A DNA stretch of 64,000 nt from Eledone cirrhosa (lineage: Eukaryota): NCBI GenBank assembly GCA_964016885.1, contig OZ024742.1:146072001-146136000 (forward strand), written 5' to 3'. The notes beneath the pieces are model-generated. The model was not told where the DNA came from, ran no database searches, and saw only the letters and a program-made list of their open reading frames with translations. This document shows, piece after piece, positions 13,629 through 26,914 of the stretch. Position numbers and translations under genes: made by a program. How positions within the stretch are numbered: position 1 is the first letter of the stretch; every line of letters starts with the position of its first letter.

Positions 13629-15210
13629 CTAGTGTATGTTAACGCTAACTCCAACCACCCTAGATCTATTTTTAAGGTCGTAGTCAAGAGTGTCTTGGAC
13701 AGGATCTCCAACTTGTCTGCCAATAAGGAGATCTTCAATAGTAATACTGCTTATTACAATACAGCTGTAGCTAAGGTGCCCATGGTCACATTCTCTGTTA
13801 TAAACACAGGGGGCCATGATAGAGATGATCTAGGGGGACTTCCAGCCTATAGTCTTGGGAAGGGGGGAAACCCACGTAATACAGGAAGGGTTGAAACTAC
13901 TGCACTTAAACCCCCGGAACCTAGCACCATCACGTTTGCGGGAAAGACACATACCCCTAGGCATGTGAATAAATGCAATAAGTAAGGTAGGTCTAGCGGT
14001 GATACAAACCAATCAAGCCCCATCATCCCCAACCACATAACACCAACCAGGATAGACAGTGGAATACTCCAACATGGGAACCCCAGTGCGGGCCAACATC
14101 ACCCCACCGGCAGGGAGAGAATAGTAAGCAGAAACCATAATGCGCAATGGGGCAACAGTAGTGCTGGAGGCCGTGGGACCCCAACTCCTCAACGGCCTGG
14201 TGCATACTCAATGCACTCACATAGGACTAAGCTTAGAAAAATAACATGGTATAATCCACTATATTCCATGGGTCTGCAGACCAGCATGGCCCGCTCATTC
14301 TTTAGGGCATTGGATACGTTTCCCGAAGATTCACAGGTACCACAAAATCTTTAATAGGCACACGGTGAAGCTCTCATACTTCACTATGCGCAGCATAGCC
14401 CAGCACATAGCTAGTATCAATAGAAATAGAATTAGGACATTTAGACAGACAACAGTTGATCCTATAGACACCCGGCAGAGCCATGACAGGGTAAACAGTG
14501 GACCTGGAACTGACCCGAGTAACACCAACCAATCCTTTAATAGGATCGACAAAAGGGTAAGTACAGCCCTTTCCGAACTGATCTGGAACAAGAACCTATA
14601 TTCTTTGGTTTGGTCCAAAGTTAGGGCGGTACCTCCAGACGGAGGTGGATCTGATATTTGCAGCCTCTGTCTAAGTGAGACACTTGAGATACTCAGTGGT
14701 GAAATAAATTTAATCAATCGCAGAGAAGATTTTATTGGTACATGTCGACACCTAAGGACGAGAACTTTCCTCAAGCTATATGGATAGCAACCCCACTACA
14801 CTGAGTCCCAGAGACTCCAGCCCCACCAACTGTACTTACCTTTCTATCCTCCTCTCTTCTTGTCTCGACTAGCATTTAAAACACCCCAGATCCGCACTTA
14901 GTGGTTAGGCCTATGCCTCACATCGCAGTGGTTCACCCTTCTATCTCACTCTCTTAGTTCTAACCCAAGTAAACAGCCACTAGCTAATTAGCAAGATAAT
15001 ATACGTCGGTAGAGTCCTACCCTGGGTATCTCCATGCACCCCACATTTCTGATCACCGGGCTTCACCATCCACCCCTGGTCTGCAATCCAGTTTTCCAAA
15101 GGACAAGCTACCTCTAACCTAATCCCTTTCACACATAAAAGTCAGTACTAACTGTGATAAGTAAATAACACGTACCTATTATTTCTTTTTCCACCGCTCT
15201 AAAGGGTAGA
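13629..15210 (+). mobile_element. Decayed Penelope-like element (RT C-terminus/linker plus partly deleted GIY-YIG region)
   Basis: Motifs YVNANSNHP..RISNLSANKEIF, KITWYNP, VKLSY, STALSELIW and CSLCLSE..IN.R; homologous to the 30787-31527 ORF. Confidence 0.75.
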
Positions 15211-15258
15211 TATGTGTCTGTGTATGTGTGTATGTATACAGGTATGTATATATATATA

Positions 15259-16532
15259 CAAGTGCGGACGATATTTGTTTGCAAGATTACTGTCTAGGAA
15301 AAAAATAACACAGTAGTTTTATTTTTTAAGATTTATTTATCAAACTTGGGTCAGTTTGTCTTCATGACTTGTTCTTTCGATCTCACTCGATAAACCCGCC
15401 ATTGGCTTTGATGACGGCCTCAGAACCAGCTACAGGCCTTCGCCACTGTCCCCCGACTTAGGCCCCTAAAGGCACTTGTGATCCTGGCCTTCAGATCGTC
15501 TTTTGTATTGCAGCTAGATCTGGTGGTGTCTCGTTCCACTGTGCCCCACACAGAAGTCGAGGGGGTTGCAGTCAGGCGAGCTGGGAGGCCAGATGTCAGG
15601 TGAAGTGTGGTCGACGAAGTTCTTTGACAGCCAGGCTTGGGTCTTTCGGCTGGTATGACAGAGTGCTGAGTCTTGCTGCCACACGTACGGCCTACCTGCA
15701 GCTATCTGGTCGATGCAGGGCTTTACTACCTCGCTCAGAACGCGGATGTAGCCATCGGTGTTCAGCTTGAGGCCCTCAGGGAAGAAGTGAGGTGGCATGA
15801 CATCATCTTGACTGCTGACGACACCTAAGACCAATGTTGTCGCTGGAAACTTTGTCTGCATAACTCTGGGCACATCTTTGGATGAGACAGCTGTTGTTCT
15901 GGAAGTTGATCTTCTGGTCTTGGCAGAAGTTTTTTTCGTCGGAGAAAAACCACAGCATGTCTGGCTCCAGTGGGTGTTTCAACTTCTTTGCGTGCTTCAG
16001 TCGCTTTTCTTGCATCACCTTTGACAGAAATTGTTCTTTCCTCATCTTGTATGAAACGTAGTGAATGTCTTCATGTACCACCAGCCTAATGAGCTTTTCA
16101 TCCACGCCTTTCTCCCTTGCAATGGCATGCATTGACTTGTTAGGTTCATTGTTGATGATATCCTGAACTTCAGCGACGAACTCGGGCGTTCTGAAGGCGT
16201 CAGGTCGTCGATCATGTGTTTTCCTCTCTGATGTTGCTTCGTAGTCGAATCCTGAATCTTCCAATTCCTTTCTGATCTTTTCCACCAATCTCCTGCTGAC
16301 GCTGAGAAAGTCTGAAATTTCCTTATTTGTCCTCCCGGCGCGGATTCCAAGAAGAACTCCGTGTCTCTTCCACAAATTTGGAGGTTCAAAATTATTCATA
16401 ATCAATTATTCTGAAAATAAATAATGGAAATATAGTCGCTGTTTTTATGAAGACAAGAGTGACAACGGAAGTAAAAAAGATTTGCATAAAATTAGCAGTT
16501 GAAAATTGCGAACAAATATCGTCCACACCCTG
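15259..16532 (-). mobile_element. Tc1/mariner DD37D (maT-family) transposon
   Basis: TIRs of about 26 bp (caagtgcggacgatatttgtttgcaa / ttgcgaacaaatatcgtccacaccctg) with TA flanks. Confidence 0.9.
15383..16399 (-). pseudogene. Frameshifted DD37D transposase
   Basis: N-terminal HTH-like region, FFSDEKNF, and WQQD..SPDCNPLD with 37 residues between the 2nd and 3rd D; ends ...KANGGFIE*; several frameshifts. Confidence 0.88.
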
Positions 16533-17000
16533 TATATATGTGTACTTAGATATGTTTATGTATGGATGTATGTGTAGGTATAGATATATGTGTATGTGTG
16601 CAGGTGTATATATATTTGTGTGTATGTGTGGCGGTACGTAGATGTGTGTTTGCAGGTGTGTACTGTTTACAATATGGATTATAATTTTTAACACTTACAA
16701 ATTTTAACACTTATAAGTTTTAACACCTACAGTTATAATTCTAACATCTCTTACAATCAGGACTAGCAGACTAGCAGACTGACCTGTTTCAAGGACAACT
16801 GACCTAAGAAATTCAATAGACTTGTTAAGATAGAGGAAGATATATTCTTCGGATACTTGAATTCGTTCATTCTAATTCATATGCCACCAGTTCTTTGAAA
16901 AAACAACACCACACTTCGGAACTGGTTATATCAACGAAATAATGGTGGTAAACTTTGTTCCACCATTATGTTTTCTTGTTTTTTCTGTTCAAGTTCTAGC

Positions 17001-17056
17001 CTCCTGATCAGGTTATAGCTGTTCAATAAAGGTTATCACCGAAATATATATTGCAG
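17001..17056 (+). ncRNA. Decayed hammerhead-like motif in a PLE 3' region
   Basis: CTGATCA (G8 mutated), a 10-bp stem II, GAAA and palindromic AATATATATT; stem I is weak. Confidence 0.4.
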
Positions 17057-17116
17057 CGAATATGAATAAATGAAATTAATTTTAACCTGTTGACTTACAC
17101 TTCTTGTTTATATATA

Positions 17117-17172
<56 letters not shown>

Positions 17173-17363
17173 GATTAAATCTCCACTACGGTAACCCTTC
17201 TACCTTTGTTTTGTTTTCATTTTCGTTTCTCTCAATTTTCACTTTTCTCCTATTTCTCACTCACTTCCTACCTCGAGATTTCCCATCTGCATTGTTGTGG
17301 CTTTCTAAACTACATATTTTACACATTTCACAATGCTTCAAGCAAACTTTAACACCCTCTTAT

Positions 17364-17451
<88 letters not shown>

Positions 17452-17525
17452 AAGAGAGAGAGGATGTAAAATCATCATATATATGTAATATATATAATAT
17501 GCATATGTATATATATATATATATA

Positions 17526-17893
17526 CGAGACCGTGACCTCTGGCGTCATGCAGTAATTCAGAAGACCCGACTTCCCACGGGTACAAGCTGAAGCTGAAGC
17601 AGAAAGACAATATGCCCCCGTCCCCTCCCACTGCAAAGTAGTCATGGAGGTGCCACGGCAAAAAAGCACCCAGCCTACACTGTAAAGTGGACGTGTAGGC
17701 ACCACGCCAAAAAACACCCAGCACTCACTGTAAATGAGGTTGGTGTTAGCAAGGGCATCCAGCTGTAGAAATCAAGCCAGAATCAGTACCCATATGAGCA
17801 AGACAAGGTTAGCTGACCAGACACTGCCCACAACAGGACAACCCATCTAACCCATGCTAGCATGAAAGAACGGACGTAAAACGGTGATGATGA
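17526..17893 (+). mobile_element. RTE 3' end (same subfamily as 58317-60199)
   Basis: Reverse-complement match to 58317-58685; (TGA)n tail; inserted in (TA)n. Confidence 0.85.
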
Positions 17894-18046
17894 TATATAT
17901 ATATATGTGTGTGTGTGTGTATAATACATATATGTATTATATTATATATATATTTATTTATTTAATAAAAAATAATAGAATTTACAAATGGCAGTTTATT
18001 AGAATCCTTTACAATTTTTTCCACATGTAAGATCCTTTGTATTTTC

Positions 18047-18331
18047 TGTGGGTATGGTGTGGTGTGCGGTGGCCGGAAGCTGGGGAGTGCTCGACCGGAA
18101 GAGTGCTTGACCGGAAGGGTGCTTGACCGGAAGGGTGCTTGGCTGGAAGGGTGCTCGACCGGAAGGGCCAGCAGATCGGTCTCTCTCTAGTGTGATCAAA
18201 AATGTGGTGGACGTGAATTTGGCAGCTCCCGGGTATTAATGCGTTGGACGCACGTGGAAGAGAAGAAACCAGCCATGGGATTTAGCGGCGCCTATGAAAA
18301 GCGGTAAGTGAGATAGCTTTTTCTAACCACA
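18047..18331 (+). repeat. 5' LTR
   Basis: tgtgggtatgg...ctaaccaca; internal 15-16 bp tandem units gtgct(c/t)gaccggaagg; TATTAA-like motif near 18234. Confidence 0.93.
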
Positions 18332-18465
18332 AGCTCTTTCGGCATTGGAAACTGAGATCTGATTGAAAAAAAAAAAAAAAAAAACTTTCTCGAAAACAAA
18401 GCTACTGGAAGAACAGAGAGGAGTCTGTTGTTTTTTTTATTACGTACCTCAAGAAAAATTAGGAT

Positions 18466-21400
18466 ATGGCGACGAGACTACGAACGAGCGAAGCGATTAG
18501 GGCATTTACCGGTGAAGGCGATGTTGCCTCCTGGCTGCGAAAAGTCCGGCTGGTCGCAAGCTTACAGAAGATAGAAGATGTAGCTGGCCTCATGGCATTG
18601 TACCTTGAGGGGGACGCGTTGGTACTCTTCCTTGAGTTGGATGAACACAGCCAAAGAGATGCGCAAAAGATTGAGAGGCGCATGATGGAAGCGTTAGCTG
18701 CTTTTGCTAAGCTGGCAAGAATTAGATGGAACGGTGAACACGTTGACATTTTCGCAGCGGAAATACGGCGATTGGCCATGTTGGCTGGATATCAGGTGGA
18801 ATGCGAACGCACGGTGCGGTTGGCGTTCATAAATGGATTTCCAGACGACATAGCGGTGAAACTGCAGCAAGTCCTGGGTTACAAAGAAATGGAGATGCGT
18901 TCACTGGTGGAGCAAGCCCGCATCCTAGCAGAAGATGCCAAGAAGAGTGTCGCGGTGATAGCAACTACAGAGGCTCAAGACAGCTGGCAGCGAAATGGTG
19001 AAAGGGAGGCAACCACGCACGCGGTCGCCCACGAACGTTTAGAGGTTGCTGTTTTAGGTGCCAGGGCCCGCACGTGGTGAGAGACTGTAGAGAGTCAAGG
19101 CCAGAAATAATATGCTACTGGTGTAAGCGACCAGGCCACATTATTACTAACTGCGACCAGGGAAACGATCCAAGGGGAACTACTGCGCCGGTAGTTGCCC
19201 TCTTAAGAGTAGAGGCGCTGCCCGTGGTAGAAGTCTTCGTGAGGGGAAAGCCACAGTGAGCCCTCGTGGACACGGACTGTACGACGACACTGGTAACTGC
19301 GGGGGTGGCGCAGAGGTGGAGAGGGAAGACCAGCATAAGGGCAGTCGACGGCAGGAAAATTGAATGCCGAGGTCGCAGTGAGGTGGAGATGGCAGTCCAG
19401 GGAAGGAAAATAAGACTTTCTGTCATCGTAGTTGGCAATGTGGTGGATGGGGTTGGCGTGGTTATAGGCATGGACGCAATTGGCCATCTAGGAGGCGTCA
19501 CAGTGAACAACGTCGGTGTGTTTTTTGGCGGCGCTGTGAGTACCCGACAGGAGAACCAGAAGGCTCACGAGGAGAAATACCCCACTTACACTGTGCAGGA
19601 CAAATACTTCAAGGCCGTGTGCGATGGGTTGTTGAGTGGTACTGGAAGGGAGAACCACCAACACTGAAGACCAAAGTGGGCTGCTATCAACACACATTTA
19701 AGGGAGACATTAGGTTCGAGTGAGAGGTAGAGAGATGGATTGAGGAGGGCATACTGCTTCACTGGAAAGAGGAGGTGAAGTGCAGATTATTGCCGTTAAT
19801 GGCGGTGGCGCAACCCATGAAGAACAAGGTGAGGTCGGTACTGGACTTTCGGGAGCTGAACGAGCACATGTCATGCCACACGGATGTCTGTGGGGGAAAC
19901 CCTGCGTGAGTGGAGACGCATGGTGGGGGGTTCTGCAATCGTAGATCTAAAGTTGGCATACTTGCAATTGCATATAGATGAGAAGCTCTGGCAGTATCAG
20001 CTGGTCAGGTATAAGGGCCAGACATATTGCCTGACCAGGCTCGGTTTCGGGCTGAGCTCTGCACTGAAGATCATGGTGGCGGTCCTCAAGACCATTTTGG
20101 GAAAGGCCGAAGATGAAAAGGGCCACTAATTCCTACATTGACGACATCCTAGTGGACGAGTCTGTAGTGTTGGCGGCGGAGGTCACAAGCCATTTACAGG
20201 GGTATGGACTGGCTGCGAAGCCGTCAGAAGCATTGGAGGGAGGAGCCACGCTGGGACTTAGGCTACGGCGAGACAGGACGGGCGTCTTTGTATTCCAGAG
20301 GGGAAATGAAGTTCCAGAACTGGGCCTAAGTATGAGTAGGTGGGAGCTTTTCTCGGTGTGTGGAAAGTTGGTGGGTCACTACTAGATTGCTGGGTGGCTC
20401 TGGACGGCATGCAGTTATGTCAAGAGACGAGTGGGAGGGGTGACTTGGAGTTACAGAGTGGGAGAGAGGATGGTGGCTATGATGCAGGAGATCGTGGAGA
20501 GGGTGAAGGCCGACGACCCAGTGTGGGGACGCTGGTATGTTCCCAAATCGCAGAGCGTGACCGTATGGTGCGATGCCAGCAGCATAGCGCTGGGTGTCAC
20601 ATTGGAGATAGGACGTGCTGAGGTCGAGGATGCAGCCTGGTTTACGAAGAAGGACGACTGCAACCACATAAATGTGGCTGAACTGCAGCAAGTCCCGGCT
20701 ACTGTACTCGGATGGGTGAGATCAGTGCTCACCAGTGAGAAGAGAGTGCGAACGAGAGGGGCGGCGGAGATGCTGATAAAGCGCCGCCTGGGAACTTTAG
20801 GAGAGCTGGCCACTGAGTCCGACCTGAGGCTGAGCGTAGTTTTTGTGCCCTCAAAGAAAAATAGGGCGGACGTCTTAACCAGGGTGAGGAAAGCCTGGAT
20901 GGAAGCGCCGGAGGAGGTAGAAGAGGAGATAGCTGCCGTGTGTCAGCTGATCGAGTTGGATCTGAAAGGGTTGCATGACATGCATCACATGGGAGTGGAT
21001 AGGACTCTGTTCCTAGCCAGGAGAATCGACACAGTGTTCAAAGGGTGGTTAGAGGCGGCGTCCGATGTCAGTCCATTGATCCCACCCCAGGTGTGCACGA
21101 AACGGGAAGCCTCCCAGTGGATCGCGGTTGGCGGTGGATGTAACGCACTACCAACAGGGAACGTACCTCTCGATGGTCGACTGTGGACCAGGACGGATGG
21201 CGATATGGAGGGAGATGAAGACTGGAACGGCCGAGGAAATCATGCGGACGTTGAGAGAGGTGTTCTTGGGGCAGGGCCCTGTGGACGAACTGCTGATGGA
21301 TAACAGCGCAGCGTTCCGTTCGGAGGCGCTGAGGGAGATGCTCGATGGATGGAAGGAGGACCGTTTCTTCAGAGCAGCACACAGGCCGAGAGGGAATGGA

Positions 21401-21880
21401 ATTGTGGAGTGACACCACCGGACGATCAAGGCAATGGCGGAGCGGGACCACATCTCACCAATGGAGGCAGTGTTCTGGTACAACATGTCCCCTCGGGTGG
21501 GACAGGTTGAGGAATCGGTTCCACACAGAGCAGTATTCAGATACGAGTGGCGGCACCTGTGCACGCCACCACAACGGCCAGTGGGGAGAGAGAATGCATT
21601 CGTGCAGGTGGGCGAAGAAGTCTGGGTTAAGCCCCCAGATGCACGTTGCACATCTCAATGGGGAAGGGGAACGGTGACGGCCGTAAATTCCCAGAACAAT
21701 GTGTCCGTGGACGGAGTACCACGTCATGTCCTGGATGTCCGTAGAATCACTGTCAACGGACTCCAAAGAAGAGGAAACCCAAAGTGCCGCCCCAACACTG
21801 CGGAGATCGCAAAGAAGTCGCAAACCACCAACCTGGACAGCAGACTTTCATATGCAGAAAGACGAGGGGGAAATTGATCC
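18466..21880 (+). pseudogene. Gypsy gag-pol, multiply frameshifted
   Basis: Gag with two CCHC knuckles (CFRCQGPH..C, CYWCKRPGHIITNC), protease ALVDT(D)CT, RT YIDD, RNase H WCDAS..HINVAEL, integrase VDVT..MDNS..GNGIVE, and a GPY/F-like VGEEVWVK motif. Confidence 0.9.
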
Positions 21881-21907
21881 TTGAGATCAGGGGGGGGGGG
21901 GGGGGCG

Positions 21908-22163
21908 TGTGGGTATGGTGTGCAGTGGCCAAAAGCTGGGGAGTGCTCGACTGGAAGAGTGCTTGACCGGAAGGGTGCTTGGCTGGAAGAGTGCTCGACC
22001 GGAAGGGCCAGCAGATCGGTCTCTCTCTAGTGTGATCAAAAACGTGGTGGACGCGAGTTTGGCAGCTCCCGGGTATTAATGAGTTGGACGTACGTGGACG
22101 AGGAGAAACCACCCATGGGATTTAGCGGCACCTATGAAAGTAAGATAGCTTTTTCTAACCACA
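21908..22163 (+). repeat. 3' LTR
   Basis: Direct repeat of 18047-18331 with one fewer internal unit. Confidence 0.93.
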
Positions 22164-23623
22164 TTTTCTTATTCCAGAAACTTCCTTAGAGATCCTGTGT
22201 ATTTATTTTCCTACTCACAAGATTTCCTTTGAGAATATTCCTACATTGTACTTTAACAGTTTGTTTTACTTCTGGAGGTGTTCTTATGCATTCCATTTGA
22301 AGGCAAAGTTTTGACAAATTCTTTTATGCATGTTGACCATCTTTAGTATATATATATTCACATATAATTATAAGTGGAAAGAGCAAATAAGATAAAATGT
22401 TACCTAATTTTACTTCAGTGTCCTGACTGCCATTTTGTCGTGTGAGTTGCAGCTTAGATATTTTACGATATCCATAGTTGTGAGATCATGGATTTTCAAG
22501 AGACTTCTTAGTATAAGAAAAAAATCTTCCAAGTCATCAAGAACAGCAGCAAAATAAAAAAGGTGAATCATTGATGGGTAACAGAGCTGCTAAAGAAGCA
22601 GTCTATTTTAGCCTAAATTTTTACTCAACTGTAAGGGAGCATATATATATAAATTTAAAAAAACTTTTAATTTACACACATATTATACATCGATTCCCAT
22701 CTAACAACTTTTTTATACATACAGATATATAAAAATATAATTTTTCTTTTCTTCCAAATTTCTAAATGAGAGTTACCTCCCCTATTTGTTTTTAAGTGGA
22801 ACTCTTTATGAAGTATGAATATTAATCGTAAAGTAATGTTTTTTTCTTTAAATTGTCCTTGTGCTTGATGAGAGAGGCCAGTTTTTGAATTGCTACTCCA
22901 CTATACATTGGTAGTCATAATTGAACTCTGAAACCTAAAGTAGCACATACATGTTGAGTAAATGAACATTAATAAAAATTATATATATATATATATATGT
23001 ACACTTACTAAAACTGGTGGTGGTGTGGCGGTGTTGGTAGTAGTGTGGTGGTAGTAGTGGTGGTGTAGAGGGTGGTGGTGGTAGTGTGGTATTGTTGGTG
23101 GTGTTTGTTTATTTTGAATCTATCTATCTATCTACATACTACTAAAACCCTGTGATTGTGTGCTTGTCTGTAATTTAATACACCTAAAACAGTGAATAAT
23201 GGGAACATACTTTTAAAGGAAGTTGTCCCTGAAATAGGAATACAAATGGAATAAAACAAGTTTCGCGTAAATTGGAGCATAGGTTCCCAAGATACTGGTT
23301 TTTTCTGGGTACCTTCATAAATAGAGAGATAGAAAGCTAGAGAGAAAGAGATAGTGGTTTTGAGAGCTTAGTGAATATTTCCTGCTAAATAAGAAGGGTT
23401 TATAAGTGTGTGTGTATATATGTGTGTGTGTCTGTGCCAAGTGTATATAGGGCATAGATGCCGATTCACATATATATATATATACACACATACACATGCA
23501 TATGTATATATATATATGGGCCTTCCGATTTCATTTTACATTATATACATGTCTGTGTATATTTTAATTATTTAAAATTTATTTTTAAATGGATGTGACC
23601 AAACGGGTCATGGATGGTCTAGT

Positions 23624-25608
23624 ATCATCATCAACATCATCATCATCGTTTAACGTCCATATTCCACGCTTGCATGGGTTTGGACGGGAGTTTTCCCACT
23701 TGAGGCAAGAGTGGTTGTCTTGCTCTCATAGGACTGTCTGGCGGGTTTTCTACAGCTGGATGCCCTTCCTAACACCAACCATATTTACAGTGTGGACTGG
23801 GAGGTTTTTACCGTGTTACCTACGCGGCCACATTACAGCGTGGACTGTGTGTTTTTTTGTCGTGACACCTACACGACCTCATTTGTTTCGGGCTGGATGT
23901 TGTGGTACCAACATAACTTTACATTGAAAGGGGTGGTGTGGATGGGGTGGGGGTAGTGGGACAGGGGTGTATTTTGTTAGAGATGCCTACTGACTGTAGT
24001 AGGTTTCGCTTTGTACTTAGGTAAGGCGGGTCTTCTGTATGACTGTGTAGCGCCAAAGATCTCGGTCCAGTGACATTGTCTTGGAGAGGTGTAAGTGTGT
24101 GAGGTCGGAATTTATCAAGTCGTCCCAGGTTTATCTGGGTCTCCCTACTCTGTGGCTACTGTCTATTTTTATTGCCCTGCACTTTTTTATACAGCTGTCG
24201 TCTTTCATGCGCATCACGTGACCATACCAACGTAGTCTTCTCTCGAGTAAAGATCTGATACCTCTTATTTCTAATTTTTCCTTTAGCTCGTTTATGCTTT
24301 GCCGTTCATGTATATTACTATTACACATCCAGCGGCGTATATCCTCTGCACACAATGCCCAGGTCTCACTGCCATGCAACATTGCTGTTCGTATGCAGGC
24401 ATCATACAGCCTGCCTTTCATTTTTAGGGAGAACCCTTTAGCGGCTAATAGTGGTATAAGCTCTCTGAACTTTTTCCATCCAGTTCTGACTCTAGCTACT
24501 GTACTTTCAGAGCACCCTCCCCCACTGCTGATTTTGTCACCCAGGTAACGGAAGCTGTCCACTATTTCTATAGAACCCTCTGCGCAGTTGAAAGAGCTAG
24601 TATTCTATGGACACTTGCTGCTGCTTATTGCACCAGAGAACCGGCCACATATAAAATCTATGTTCTTAGTTAGCTTACCTGTGATCCCACTACATCTTTT
24701 ATGCACCCATACTTTGCATTTGGGACATAAAATGGAGTTTCTACCTACTCCTTTTCTACACACTGAGCATGGCCATTTCCCAGATGGGACCGGCGCCCTA
24801 TTTTCCTTCCTTCAAACTAGAACTTTAGTCTTAGACAGGTTAATTTTAAGGCCTTTTGATTCTAGGCGATGCTTCCATGTTTGGAATTTCTTCTCTAGTT
24901 CAGCCATTGATTCAGCTATGAGCGTTAGATCATCTGCGTATAGGAGTTCCCATGGGCAGCCGGTCTTGAACTCCACTGTTATAGCCTGAAGGGCAATAAT
25001 AAATAGTAGGGGACTAAGAACGGAGCCCTGATGAACACCAACTTTTACGCTAAACTCTTCACTATATTCGTTGTTAATTCTAACCTTGCTGACTGTTTCT
25101 TTATACATGGCTTGTATAGCTCTCACAAGCCATTCATCAACACCTAGTTTTCTAAGAACCCACCAGATAATGGAACGGGGGACTCTGTCGAAGGCTTTCT
25201 CCAAGTCGACAAAAGCTAAGTATAGGGGTTTACTTTTAGCTAGTTACTTCTCCTGTAGTTGTCGTACAATGAAAAGAACGTCTGTGGTACTTTTACCTGA
25301 CACAAACCCGAACTGCATTTCATCTAGATCAATTCTCTCTCTGATTAGTTGCGCTATTACTTTTTCTGTGACCTTCATGACCTGGTCGATTAATTTATTG
25401 CCTCTATAGTTACTCCTATCTAGGGCATCTCCTTTACCCTTGTAGCAGTTAATGATGATGCTGCTACGCCAGTCCTTCGGAACAACCCCATTCTGTATGA
25501 CTTGGTTTACTATCCGGGTGACCATGGTGTGTCCCACCGTTCCAGAAGCTTTCAGCATTTCAGCAACTATTTCCGAAGGCCCAGCCACCTTACCCGTCTT
25601 CATGTCTT
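23624..25608 (-). mobile_element. 5'-truncated RTE LINE (same subfamily as 8305-12100)
   Basis: RT (YADD), PHD-like finger and C-terminal domain with stops; (TCA)n tail at left. Confidence 0.92.
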
Positions 25609-25654
25609 ATAAAATGCAAATAAAGTCACAAATTCCAAACATTTTCTTCAAGAT

Positions 25655-25836
25655 AATTAATTGTTTCTATTTTAGGCACAAGGCCAGCAATTACCCAGTG
25701 CATTACTGGTATTTTATTTTATCGACCCCGTAAGGATGAAAGGCAAAGTCAACCTTGGCGGGATTTGAACTCAGATCGTAAAGGGACGTAACTATGCTAG
25801 AAAGCATGGCGTCTGACCCTCTACTGATACTGCCAA
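25655..25836 (-). mobile_element. SINE family A
   Basis: Reverse-complement match to 48251-48441. Confidence 0.88.
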
Positions 25837-26099
25837 TGATAACTTACATCTTCTCACAAGTATTTAAAAATTTTTATTAACTGCATATTCTACTACCCCA
25901 AATCTCATAGATTACATTGCGTTCATAAATTGCAAGAGATCATGTAAAAACATCAAATTTTAGAACCTCCAGAGATGAACTGAACAATTTAATAACTAAA
26001 AACCAATGGCAACTTAATAGGATTGAAAGGGAATGTTAGCACAACAAGCAACTGAGGGTCTAAATCATAAAGACCTGAGGAAGGGCAACAGGCAGCAGT

Positions 26100-26390
26100 C
26101 AGTACAGTAACAGCACCTGTTGTGAACCTACAAAATAGTGGGCTAAGCACAGGATCTAACCCCAAAATTGCCTAGAGGCAAAAAAGGAGTACCTATAATC
26201 AGGATATGAGGATCTGCAACTGCAGACAACCTGAAAAATACCCCACTAAATCAAAAGTGCCTATCTAACAAAACAACTTATGAGTGTAAAGGGAACATAC
26301 TGTTACTTCAGTGCAATGGCCAACTCATTCAAGAAAAGATTTTGCAAGCAGGTCCACTCATTCAAAAATGCCAATCCTAACTATCTGCAT
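26100..26390 (+). mobile_element. Highly decayed Penelope-like GIY-YIG remnant
   Basis: ICNCRQPEK..PL..KC and NSFKKRF..HSFKN resemble CSCRKPE..PL..C and FKERFLNHQSTF in the 30787 ORF. Confidence 0.5.
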
Positions 26391-26914
26391 AGTTCCCGAC
26401 TACCAAATTTACCCCAAAAGGCATTGGTGAAGCTGATGCTGTAGTAGAAGACACTTGTTGAGGATGATATGCCTTGGGATCAAACTTGGAACCATATGGC
26501 TATGACTGCAATTTATGGTTAAAAAACATGGTTTAAAATAAATGGTTGATTAAAAACTAAACCCAAACTAAAGAATCAAAGAAAAAAGGAGATAAAACTA
26601 AGAACTATTTAAAATGTAACAGGATTAAACTTTGGTAAATATTGATTCTGACAGAAGATCCATTCTTTCATTGATCCATGTCAGATATAGTAAACTTCAA
26701 TGGTAAAAGAACTGAAGCATTATATACCAAAATGACATGAATAAAACTGACTAAAGACTGTAGAGAACAGAGATAAAAAAACATTGGAAAATATATTTGA
26801 ATTTCTTAACATTCTGTTTTTCTGGAATAATAATAAAACGAAAAGTAGAATCTGAAAAATAAATTATTGACATCAGAAAATACTGGGAACTAATCAGATA
26901 AAAACGTTTAACGA

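Larger units (their letters stand above)
18047..22163 (+). mobile_element. Compact Ty3/Gypsy LTR retrotransposon (Mag-like), decayed
   Basis: TG...CA LTRs at 18047-18331 and 21908-22163, TSD TTTTC on both sides, G-rich PPT at 21889-21905, and domain order gag-PR-RT-RH-IN. Confidence 0.95.

Noticed and set aside
18338-18348. Short match of the Gypsy PBS region to U4 snRNA (tcggcattgg)
   Set aside because: Only about 10 nt and in sense orientation; compatible with chance.
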